Of a stretch of DNA of 44,176 nucleotides, positions 26,615 to 34,001 are shown piece by piece (within the stretch, counting starts at the first letter, position 1; each line of letters starts with the position of its first letter). The position numbers and the translations under genes are program-made. Below the pieces are notes generated by a model. The model was not told where the DNA came from. It worked only from the letters and a program-made list of their open reading frames with translations, and searched no databases. This stretch comes from Clostridia bacterium. Lineage in GTDB: Bacteria; Bacillota; Sulfobacillia; DUSP01. The stretch is from positions 1-44,176 of the forward strand of contig DUSP01000057.1 in the NCBI GenBank assembly GCA_012842575.1, written 5' to 3'.

Positions 26615-27377
26615 CACGATAGGCGTGCCATGAGAATATAAGTTTTCGGGTAGGTGGCAGACACCGAGTAAACGTTGCGGCTTGAGGTCTAGCAGGCTTT
26701 CCCGAACGATCACCGATCCGTCGCCGGCTCGGCGGTTTCCCTTTACGACCGTTCTTGCGTCGTCGCCGATGGCAAGGCTAGATTGCCACTTAGGTCGCAC
26801 TGTAATCCCCGGTGCCACTCAGCATCGAGCCGAACAGCCTAGGAGCTTTCCTCAACGGTTTCTCTACTCCCTAGCCTCTTTTGCAGAAATGATTTCAAGC
26901 GGCCTCATGTAAAACCGACAGACCGCTATCCCTCATCCCCACTCAAGGCAGGCTACGCTGCACCCAGTGCATTGACACCGGATGCAGGTGTTCCCTAAAC
27001 CGCAGAAGCCGACCGGCCCCACGGGTTTAGGCCTCAGCGGAACCGGGGTCAACGCCTACATGCCTTTGTAGATCGCCCCGAATTCCTTCACTCCCTGCAT
27101 CAGCCCCCGGATGGGCTCCAGCAGCCAACACAAGAAGCTTCATCGATATGCCATTGACGGATTTTTAGGCCCGTCTTTAGGAGCAGTGACGCCGACTAGG
27201 ATACTGCGCCACCCACCCTTTCAATTTTGGACCGTCGATAACGGCCCCAAACCGTTCATTCCGGTTTTTAAGGGCTCTTTCCCCATACAGGTCTTGATTG
27301 CATTCTTGACCACATTACATAACATTAGATTTTACATTAGATTCTACATGAAGCTTTCCTGCATGGGCCCTCCGCGT
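26615..27377 (-). ncRNA. ole: OLE (ornate, large, extremophilic) RNA; boundaries approximate (+/- 50 nt)
   Basis: This roughly 0.8 kb stretch has no credible ORF and is flanked by ispA (upstream) and oapA-dxs (downstream). Helices are densely packed, for example 27024-27031/26994-27001 and 27252-27256/27240-27244. The bulged helix 26867-26874/26839-26845 is another. Helix 26983-26987/26958-26962 encloses a 6-bp helix (26976-26981/26964-26969) whose only non-canonical pair is G-U on the minus strand but A-C on the plus strand. A near-consensus promoter lies at its 5' side. The context matches the published nusB-folD-xseAB-ispA-ole-oapA-dxs-tlyA-nadK-argR-recN arrangement. No covariance-model search was run. 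Confidence 0.75.
27322..27345. repeat. 12-bp tandem duplication (acattagatt[tt/ct] x2) in the 5' leader of the OLE transcript
   Basis: Read directly: 27322-27333 versus 27334-27345, with 1 mismatch. Partial copies acatta and acatg flank it. Confidence 0.95.
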
Positions 27378-27383
27378 TTACGC

Positions 27384-27412
27384 ATTATAACACCTGCCGC
27401 CCTCTATTTCAA
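27384..27412 (-). promoter_or_regulatory. Near-consensus sigma-A promoter with extended -10, directed into the OLE RNA
   Basis: The minus strand reads TTGAAA-tagagggcggcaggTGt-TATAAT. The -35 is at 27407-27412, the spacer is 17 bp with a TGn extended -10, and the -10 is at 27384-27389. The ispA stop codon TAG (27404-27406) sits immediately after the -35 hexamer. Confidence 0.6.
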
Positions 27413-28426
27413 ATACGCTCCCGCACGGTCAGTGCCGCAAGACACTGAGGGCCACTCGTCTCGTCCCTTTATACGCTGGACTCTTTCCAAGACTCTCGTT
27501 GGCAGGCTGGCGAGAAACCAGGCGCGCTCCCCAAGCGACCTGGCGATGCGCACACAATGCCCGACTTCCGACTTCAAATCCTCCGCGGCGACGGAAAACC
27601 CGAGGCTCCTCACGTAATTGGGCCGCGAGTCCTCTGCCCCAAAGCCGTAATCGGAAATATCATCGGCGATTTGGTACGCCAATCCGAAATGATAACCGTA
27701 CTGCCTCAAGGAATCACATACGTCGTCTTCCGCCCCTGCTGCAAGCCCCCCGAGGACGACTGACGCCTCGAAGAGTTTCGAAGTCTTTAGGGCATAAGTG
27801 CGACGCAGGAAAGCCCTTCGGCGTTCCATGGTCTTAAGGTGAAGGTCCGGGGAGAATGAGCGGCTCGTAACGGCTATGTCCATCCCCTGTCCGCCGAGCA
27901 TTCCTCCAAACCCGGCGCTTCTTGTCACTTCCGCGATGATGGAGTGCATGCGCGAGGCGAAATCGTGCGACAGGGTTGATATGGCTTCGAAGGCTAAAGT
28001 CAGGAGAAGGTCACCCGTCAAGACCGCGACCGCTTCTCCGAAAGCCCTGTGTAACGCAGGCCGGCCTCTGCGAAAATCGTCGTCGTCCATGCACGGGAGG
28101 TCGTCGTGTATGAGGGAATACGAGTGAATGAGTTCGATGGAACACGCAAGAGGTAAGGCCGCCTCGGCAAAACCGCCGGCCACCTCGCAAGCTTCTTGAA
28201 GCAAAACCGGTCTTAACCTCTGACCTCCGGGAAAAACCGCATATCGGACGGCGTCTCCAAGTGCAGGTATTCGATCGTCACCGGCTTCGGATAACCTTTG
28301 ATGCAAAAACACTTCGAGCGCTCGGTCGACGCGTCGCCGGTGCTCGTCATAGCGCGTAAGGAACCTACGCTCTTCATCTGACCTGACGTCTCCGCAATCA
28401 CCCAACGTTCCCGTCCCGTCCTTCAA
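27404..28426 (-). CDS. ispA: Farnesyl/geranylgeranyl diphosphate synthase (trans-isoprenyl diphosphate synthase)
   Basis: 340 aa. The first Asp-rich motif is LIHDDLPCMDDDDFRRGRP and the second is GLAYQIADDISD. The track start is TTG directly after the xseB stop, and the N-terminus may be shorter. Confidence 0.92.
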   Translation of the reverse strand: MKDGTGTLGDCGDVRSDEERRFLTRYDEHRRRVDRALEVFLHQRLSEAGDDRIPALGDAVRYAVFPGGQRLRPVLLQEACEVAGGFAEAALPLACSIELIHSYSLIHDDLPCMDDDDFRRGRPALHRAFGEAVAVLTGDLLLTLAFEAISTLSHDFASRMHSIIAEVTRSAGFGGMLGGQGMDIAVTSRSFSPDLHLKTMERRRAFLRRTYALKTSKLFEASVVLGGLAAGAEDDVCDSLRQYGYHFGLAYQIADDISDYGFGAEDSRPNYVRSLGFSVAAEDLKSEVGHCVRIARSLGERAWFLASLPTRVLERVQRIKGRDEWPSVSCGTDRAGAYLK

Positions 28427-28428
28427 TT

Positions 28429-28728
28429 TTAATTCCCCAGTTTTTCATTATCACCCGGGTCAGAGAAGTCGGCCTCGATTTCCTCGATGGAATGTTGGGC
28501 CTGGTCGAGGCGCTCTTGGCATATCTTGACAAGCGCCATCGCCTGTCTATAAAGCTCAAGCGACTCCTTCAACGTAAGCTCGCTCGTCTCCAGCAAGCGT
28601 ACGACGTTTTCGAGCCTCTTTAAAGCCTCTTCGAAATCGAGCGTCTGCTCGGCTCCCTCAAAACCGAGCGTTTTTTCGCTCGCGGTATCCCGGGGAACGG
28701 TCCGGGAAGTCACCAGGTCATCCTCCAT
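28429..28728 (-). CDS. xseB: Exodeoxyribonuclease VII small subunit
   Basis: 99 aa. The core FEEALKRLENVVRLLETSELTLKESLELYRQAMALVKICQERLDQAQHSIE is typical XseB. It overlaps the end of xseA. Confidence 0.88.
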   Translation of the reverse strand: MEDDLVTSRTVPRDTASEKTLGFEGAEQTLDFEEALKRLENVVRLLETSELTLKESLELYRQAMALVKICQERLDQAQHSIEEIEADFSDPGDNEKLGN

Positions 28729-29936
28729 GAGACTCGGGATACCTCCTTTACCGTCGCATCGACCCGGCCGTCCTTCAGTAATAACAATATGCCGTCTCCT
28801 CTTTGTATCATATCGACCGAACTAATTGGGATTTCATCCGGCTTTTTCAGGCAAAGGGCGTATCCTCGCATCAGCGGACCATATGGGTCCAACGCTTCGG
28901 CCCTTCCCAGGATACGAAGATACATGGCTCGCTTCGTTTCGAGGATTCGTTTCACGGAGCCCGCCGCCCGGGCCTCCATTCCGTCGATTCTCTGTCTTAA
29001 TCCGAAGACGAGTTGAAGCGGACGTGAGAGCGGGGGTCGTGATCGAAGGAGCATCAGAGAGTATCCCGCCCTCTCCATGCGGCGGTGCACGGCTGCACGT
29101 GCTCTCAAGTATAGGTTTCTAACCTGGAACTTCAAGTCCTCAGCCGACGGAAACACCATTTCGGCCGCAGCGGAAGGAGTCGGCGCCCTGACGTCCGCCA
29201 CGAGGTCCGAAAGCGTAACGTCCACCTCATGCCCCACTGCTGAGACCACCGGCACCGAAGACCCGTAAATCGCCCTGACTACGCGTTCGTCGTTGAACGC
29301 CGAAAGATCCTCTTCGCTTCCTCCGCCTCTGGCCACTACGATCACGTCCACTTCGGGCACCCGTTCTAGGGTTCGCACGGCTTTACAGATCATATCTGGG
29401 GCAGCGCTTCCCTGCACTCGAACGGGCAAGAGCACTATCCTGCAACCGGGAAAACGACGCCTCGCCACGCTAGAGATGTCATGAATGGCGGCGCCCGTCT
29501 TTGACGTCACGATGCCGACCTTCCGCGGAAGCAGGGGAAGACGGCGTTTTCGGGCCGGGTCCATAAGGCCTTCGGCTTGCAGTTTCTGTTTCAATTCCTC
29601 CAGAGCCACATGTAAGGCCCCGAGCCCGTCCTGACGCATGGCATCCACGTAGAGCTGGTACGTACCGTCCCGTTCGAAGACGTCCAAATAACCGAAGGCC
29701 ACCACTCGCATGCCATCCTTGGGGGTAAAGCCTAACCCGGACGCCCTCGAACGGAACATGACGCTTCTCAGTGAAGCCCTTTCGTCCCTCAGAGTGAAAT
29801 AGATGTGACCGGACGAGTGCTTTCTGAAATTGGCAATCTGTCCCCTCACTCCAATACCCGAAAGCACGGGATCGGAAGCAATAGCACCCCTCACCCGCTG
29901 GGTCACTTCCCACACTTCGAGTATCGGACCGATCAC
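28710..29936 (-). CDS. xseA: Exodeoxyribonuclease VII large subunit
   Basis: 408 aa. The N-terminal OB fold is VRGQIANFRKHSSGHIYFTLRDERASL. The catalytic core is GIVTSKTGAAIHDI...VARGGGSEEDL. Confidence 0.92.
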   Translation of the reverse strand: MIGPILEVWEVTQRVRGAIASDPVLSGIGVRGQIANFRKHSSGHIYFTLRDERASLRSVMFRSRASGLGFTPKDGMRVVAFGYLDVFERDGTYQLYVDAMRQDGLGALHVALEELKQKLQAEGLMDPARKRRLPLLPRKVGIVTSKTGAAIHDISSVARRRFPGCRIVLLPVRVQGSAAPDMICKAVRTLERVPEVDVIVVARGGGSEEDLSAFNDERVVRAIYGSSVPVVSAVGHEVDVTLSDLVADVRAPTPSAAAEMVFPSAEDLKFQVRNLYLRARAAVHRRMERAGYSLMLLRSRPPLSRPLQLVFGLRQRIDGMEARAAGSVKRILETKRAMYLRILGRAEALDPYGPLMRGYALCLKKPDEIPISSVDMIQRGDGILLLLKDGRVDATVKEVSRVSWRMTW

Positions 29937-29941
29937 TTTAT

Positions 29942-30781
29942 CTAACCCCTCGCCGCTTCGATGGCGTTCTTCAAGAGCATGGTGATGGTCATTGGTCCTA
30001 CGCCGCCGGGTACGGGAGTGATGGCACCCGCCACCTCAACCGCACTGTCGAAGTCGACGTCTCCGACGAGTTTCCCGTCCACCGAATTGATACCGACATC
30101 GATGACCGTGGCGCCAGGTTTTATCATGTCTCCGGTTATGACTTTGGGTTTGCCCATGGCGACTACCAATATATCCGCCCTCTTCGTATGGAACGCGAGA
30201 TCCCGAGTCCGGGAATGGCAGGTGGTGACGGTAGCGTGACGATGCATCAGCAGCATACCCACGGGTTTCCCGACGATGTTAGACCGCCCTACTACCACGG
30301 CCTCGGCTCCCTTTATAGGCGTACCCGTCCTTTCGATGAGCTCGATGATACCGTTGGGCGTACACGGTACGAAACACTTTTCGCCGATCTGAAGGCGACC
30401 CACGTTTACCGGGTGAAATCCGTCGACGTCTTTGCTCGGATCGATGGCCTCGATACAAGCCTTCTGATCGATATGATCCGGGAGGGGAAGCTGAACCAAG
30501 ATGCCGTGAATCTCCGGCTTGCGATTCAGGGTTGCTATCAGGTCGAGCACCTCTTCCTGGGATGTGCTCTCGGGAAGCCTATGTACCTCCGAGTAAAGAC
30601 CCACCCGTTGGCAGGCCTTTTCTTTGTTCCTCACGTATGTCTTGGACGCCGGGTTGTCCCCTACGAGTATCACGGCCAAACCCGGCACAACCCCTTTCGC
30701 CTTTAGATCCGCCACCTCTGCCGCTAATGCCTTTTGAATCTCCTCAGCAATCGCTTTTCCGTCAATGATCTTGGCTGCCAT
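29942..30781 (-). CDS. folD: Bifunctional methylenetetrahydrofolate dehydrogenase/cyclohydrolase
   Basis: 279 aa. Motifs seen: [46 protein letters not shown] and [10 protein letters not shown]. Confidence 0.95.
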   Translation of the reverse strand: MAAKIIDGKAIAEEIQKALAAEVADLKAKGVVPGLAVILVGDNPASKTYVRNKEKACQRVGLYSEVHRLPESTSQEEVLDLIATLNRKPEIHGILVQLPLPDHIDQKACIEAIDPSKDVDGFHPVNVGRLQIGEKCFVPCTPNGIIELIERTGTPIKGAEAVVVGRSNIVGKPVGMLLMHRHATVTTCHSRTRDLAFHTKRADILVVAMGKPKVITGDMIKPGATVIDVGINSVDGKLVGDVDFDSAVEVAGAITPVPGGVGPMTITMLLKNAIEAARG

Positions 30782-30874
30782 AGCAACCAGTCGCCGGAGA
30801 ACGGGAAATGAGCCGCATGGCTCTCCTTCGTCCTCCGGCGCTCACCCCCTTTCTGGCCTGCTTTCTCGCTTCTG

Positions 30875-32263
30875 TCACATCGACATCAAGTACTCGTGAA
30901 TGGCGGCCGCCGCTTTCTTCCCGGCCCCCATCGCGAGTATTACCGTGGCCGCTCCGGTCACGGCGTCACCTCCGGCGTACACCCCCCGACGAGAAGTAAG
31001 TCCGGTCGCCTCATCGGCGATGATGCCTCCCCAGGGCTGGGTGCGCAAACCCGGCGTAGTCTTGGACACGATAGGATTGGGACTTGTCCCGAGAGCCATG
31101 ACAACGGTATCCACATCGAGGACGAACTCCGAACCCTTAATCGGCACGGGCCGCCTTCTTCCGGATTCGTCGGGTTCTCCCAGTTCCATTTTGAGACATT
31201 CAAGCCCCTTGACCCAGCCTTTCTCGTCGCCCAACACCCTGACGGGATTGGTCAGGAGATAAAACTTAACCCCTTCTTCTTTGGCGTTTTCGAGCTCTTC
31301 GAGTCTTGCGGGCATCTCGGCCTCTGATCGACGGTATACTATCATCGCCTCCTCGGCCCCCAGGCGCAGTGCGCATCGCACCGCATCCATCGCCACGTTA
31401 CCCCCGCCGACAACCGCCACCCTCTTTCCGCACTTGATGGGCGTATCGTACTCGGGAAAGAGGTATGCCTTCATGAGGTTCGTCCGCGTGAGCCACTCAT
31501 TGGCCGAATAGACCCCGCAAAGGTTCTCCCCCGGGATCGACATGAATTTCGGCAATCCCGCGCCTGTCCCGAGAAACACCGCCTGATATCCCATACCGAA
31601 AAGGTCGTCGACGGTGAGAGTCCGACCGATGATCACGCTAGTCTGTATCTCGACGCCCAGGGATTTCACGTAGTCGACTTCACGAGTCACTATGGCTTTG
31701 GGCAACCTGAACTCCGGTATGCCGTATATGAGCACACCACCGGGGGCGTGCAGCGCTTCGAAGATCGTCACTTGGTGGCCTAGGCGGGCGAGGTCGCCCG
31801 CACACGTCAGGCCGGCCGGGCCGGAACCCACTACCGCCACCTTTTTACCCGTAGGAGGGGCGCACTCGGGTTTATCGATACCCGTGGCCGCCTCGAAATC
31901 CGCTACGAAACGCTCGAGCCTCCCTATAGCCACCGGTTCGCCTTTCTTCCCCAGTACGCACAGTTGCTCGCACTGCGTCTCCTGCGGGCAGACCCTACCG
32001 CAGATGGCGGGAAGGCTGTTGGTTTCCTTCACTTTCTTCGCGGCGCCCCTGTAATCGCCTTCTTTTACGAGCTTGATGAACTCGGGTATTTGTACGTTTA
32101 CCGGGCAACCCTTGATGCAAGACGGCTTCTTGCATTGAATGCACCGCGAGGCCTCCGTACGCGCCATTTCTTCGGTGTAGCCGAGGGCCACTTCGTTGAA
32201 ATTCCGTATTCTCTCCTTGGGATCTTGCCGCGGCATTTCTACTCTTTTCGTTTTTGCGGTCAT
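30875..32263 (-). CDS. nfnB: NADPH-dependent glutamate-synthase-small-chain homologue (NfnB/SudA type; 2x[4Fe-4S] + FAD)
   Basis: The Cys clusters are CIQCKKPSCIKGCPV and CGRVCPQETQCEQLC. The dinucleotide folds are VAVVGSGPAGL and VAVVGGGNVAMD. I place the start at ATG 32263, which forms an ATGA overlap with the upstream stop. The track start at 32290 lies inside the upstream gene. Confidence 0.85.
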   Translation of the reverse strand: MTAKTKRVEMPRQDPKERIRNFNEVALGYTEEMARTEASRCIQCKKPSCIKGCPVNVQIPEFIKLVKEGDYRGAAKKVKETNSLPAICGRVCPQETQCEQLCVLGKKGEPVAIGRLERFVADFEAATGIDKPECAPPTGKKVAVVGSGPAGLTCAGDLARLGHQVTIFEALHAPGGVLIYGIPEFRLPKAIVTREVDYVKSLGVEIQTSVIIGRTLTVDDLFGMGYQAVFLGTGAGLPKFMSIPGENLCGVYSANEWLTRTNLMKAYLFPEYDTPIKCGKRVAVVGGGNVAMDAVRCALRLGAEEAMIVYRRSEAEMPARLEELENAKEEGVKFYLLTNPVRVLGDEKGWVKGLECLKMELGEPDESGRRRPVPIKGSEFVLDVDTVVMALGTSPNPIVSKTTPGLRTQPWGGIIADEATGLTSRRGVYAGGDAVTGAATVILAMGAGKKAAAAIHEYLMSM

Positions 32264-33099
32264 CGACAACCACCCCCGTGCGCGCACCAAGCCTCAAGCG
32301 CGGTTCGTTCTTGATCGAGATACATCCTGCATCGGCGTATAGCTTCGTCGAAATCCACTTGGTGACCGTCGAACATGGGCCCATCCACGCAAGAAAACTT
32401 CGTTTCTTTGCCGACCGTGACGCGACAGGCGCCGCACATTCCGGTTCCGTCCACCATAATGGGGTTCAGGCTCACCCAAGTCTTTACGCCATAAGGGCGC
32501 GTCGTTTCTACGCAGGCCTTCATCATCAGCATGGGTCCCACCGCTATGATCTCGTCGAAGTGCTGGCCCTCGTCCAGGAGCTTCTTTATCAGCCCGTTGG
32601 CGAACCCGTGAAATCCACGGGACCCGTCATCCGTGGCTATGTAAAGCTCCGACGATACGGCCCTCATTTCCTCTTCCAGGATAATGAGTTCTTTGGTCCT
32701 CGCGGCTATGATGGAGATGACCTCAACGCCATTTCGGTGCATCGCCTTTGCCTTCGGATATATGGGCGCCACACCTACACCGCCGCCTACACATAAAACC
32801 CTGCCCGAGGTAGGGAGCTCGGCAGGTACCCCCAATGGCCCCACTATGTCAAGAAGGCGGTCTCCCTCCTCGAGGAGCCCAAGGGCTTTCGTGGTCTTCC
32901 CCACCTCTTGAAACACCATGGTTAAAGTCCCCTGGTCGGCATCGTAATCGGCTATGGTAAGGGGGATTCTCTCACCGTTTTCAGAGATCCTCACGATTAC
33001 GAACTGCCCGGGTTGGGCTTTTGCTGCAACCAGCGGTGCGTTGACTACATACAGCTTCGTCGATGGTGCCAATGTTCGCTTTTTCACAATCTCGTTCAC
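32260..33099 (-). CDS. nfnA: Ferredoxin-NADP+ reductase-like subunit (NfnA/SudB type; FAD/NAD-binding + C-terminal [2Fe-2S])
   Basis: 279 aa. Motifs seen: GQFVIVRISENGERIPLTIADYD, CVGGGVGVAPIYP, and the C-terminal Cys cluster MCGACRV...CVDGP. It is paired and translationally coupled with the gltD-like subunit. Confidence 0.85.
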   Translation of the reverse strand: MNEIVKKRTLAPSTKLYVVNAPLVAAKAQPGQFVIVRISENGERIPLTIADYDADQGTLTMVFQEVGKTTKALGLLEEGDRLLDIVGPLGVPAELPTSGRVLCVGGGVGVAPIYPKAKAMHRNGVEVISIIAARTKELIILEEEMRAVSSELYIATDDGSRGFHGFANGLIKKLLDEGQHFDEIIAVGPMLMMKACVETTRPYGVKTWVSLNPIMVDGTGMCGACRVTVGKETKFSCVDGPMFDGHQVDFDEAIRRCRMYLDQERTALEAWCAHGGGCR

Positions 33100-33121
33100 T
33101 GGTACTCTCCCCTGTCTTCGC

Positions 33122-33161
33122 TATTAATAACCAAACAAACGGGTTGGGCACACCCGTTTGT
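33122..33161 (-). terminator. Intrinsic terminator after nusB
   Basis: The minus strand reads ACAAACGGGT-gtgccca-ACCCGTTTGT, a perfect 10-bp stem (33135-33144/33152-33161), followed by TTGGTTATTAAT. Confidence 0.6.
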
Positions 33162-33208
33162 TCTTCGACAGAAAAGCGCTTATTCCTTCGCTTTACAGCC
33201 CACACCCT

Positions 33209-33679
33209 CTATGGGTTTTCTTCCTGCTTCTCTTGATCTATCTCTTGTTGATTTATTGATCCGAGAATGCCGTTGACGAATCGAGCGGCCTCGTCGCCGG
33301 AATATCTTTTAGCCATCTCCACCGCTTCATCAATACTCACGTTTTTCGGAATATCGGGTCGATAAAGGAGCTCATACAGTGAAAGGCGGAGGATATTCCT
33401 GTCGACCGTAGACATCCTGTCCACTTTCCACTCCAAAGATCTTCCGGAGATCATCCGGTCGATTTCCTCTAAATGTTGGAGCACCCCTTTAAACAACTCT
33501 CTTGCGAAAGACTCCGCGTCGGGGGTCAACTCGTCGAGGGAAACGGCAAACTCAATGGCGCGCCGTGGATCCGACCTCACGAGATCTACCTGGTACAACG
33601 CCCTGAGCGCTGCCTCTCTCGCCCGCCCCCGCATTGTACGGGATTTACCTTCCATTTCCTCTCCCTTTGCCCGCCGCAA
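33209..33679 (-). CDS. nusB: Transcription antitermination factor NusB
   Basis: 156 aa. Motifs seen: REAALRALYQVDL, DRNILRLSLYELLY and VSIDEAVEMAKRYSGDEAARFVNGIL. Confidence 0.92.
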   Translation of the reverse strand: MRRAKGEEMEGKSRTMRGRAREAALRALYQVDLVRSDPRRAIEFAVSLDELTPDAESFARELFKGVLQHLEEIDRMISGRSLEWKVDRMSTVDRNILRLSLYELLYRPDIPKNVSIDEAVEMAKRYSGDEAARFVNGILGSINQQEIDQEKQEENP

Positions 33680-33763
33680 AACTCACCTGAAACTCCTCCG
33701 AAGCTCATCCGAAGCTCATCAAACTTACTTGAAACTCATCCGAAACTTGTCTGAAACTTATCC
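33678..33763. repeat. Array of eight head-to-tail ~11-nt units filling the DUF2273-nusB spacer
   Basis: The plus-strand units are aaaactcacct, gaaactcctcc, gaagctcatcc, gaagctcatca, aacttactt, gaaactcatcc, gaaacttgtct and gaaacttatcc. The consensus on the transcribed strand is GGATGAGTTTC. Confidence 0.9.
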
Positions 33764-33767
33764 GGAG

Positions 33768-33995
33768 TCACTTGTCATGGAGGGGAAAATACCTCTCCAG
33801 GATCTCCGAAAGGCCCTCTTTTTCCTCATCCATCCGCTTACCGACAAAATAACCCACAAGCACACAGACGCCGATGAAGAGGGTCCAAAAGAGCCCGATG
33901 GCCATCACGGACACACCGAAGATGAGCCCTATGAGGGCCCCGATCACCCTGCCTCTTCGGTTTTGTAAGAACGAAAGAAACCGGTCTAAGCCCAT
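33768..33995 (-). CDS. DUF2273-type small integral membrane protein
   Basis: 75 aa. Two TM helices are present (RVIGALIGLIFGVSVMAIGLFWTLFIGVCVLVGYFVG). It sits downstream of asp23/amaP, as in the known alkaline-shock operons. Confidence 0.7.
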   Translation of the reverse strand: MGLDRFLSFLQNRRGRVIGALIGLIFGVSVMAIGLFWTLFIGVCVLVGYFVGKRMDEEKEGLSEILERYFPLHDK

Positions 33996-34001
33996 TTCCT
34001 C

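Noticed and set aside
26840-26853. The minus strand reads GAGGAAAGCUCC followed by GCUGAGUGGCACC, reminiscent of the RNase P RNA P4/P5 region (GAGGAAAGUCC...).
   Set aside because: The 3' P4 strand (ACAnAAnnCGGCUUA type) and the other universal RNase P elements are missing, and an RNA of RNase P length would run into the oapA ORF. The genomic context (ispA / membrane protein / dxs) fits OLE RNA instead.
27111-27617. 168-aa plus-strand ORF spanning the OLE 5' region and the 3' end of ispA. The 75-76-aa ORFs at 26591..26818(-) and 26682..26912(+) belong with it.
   Set aside because: They have no SD, they overlap ispA or the structured RNA, and their composition is unlike the neighbouring genes. 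The region is better explained as non-coding RNA.
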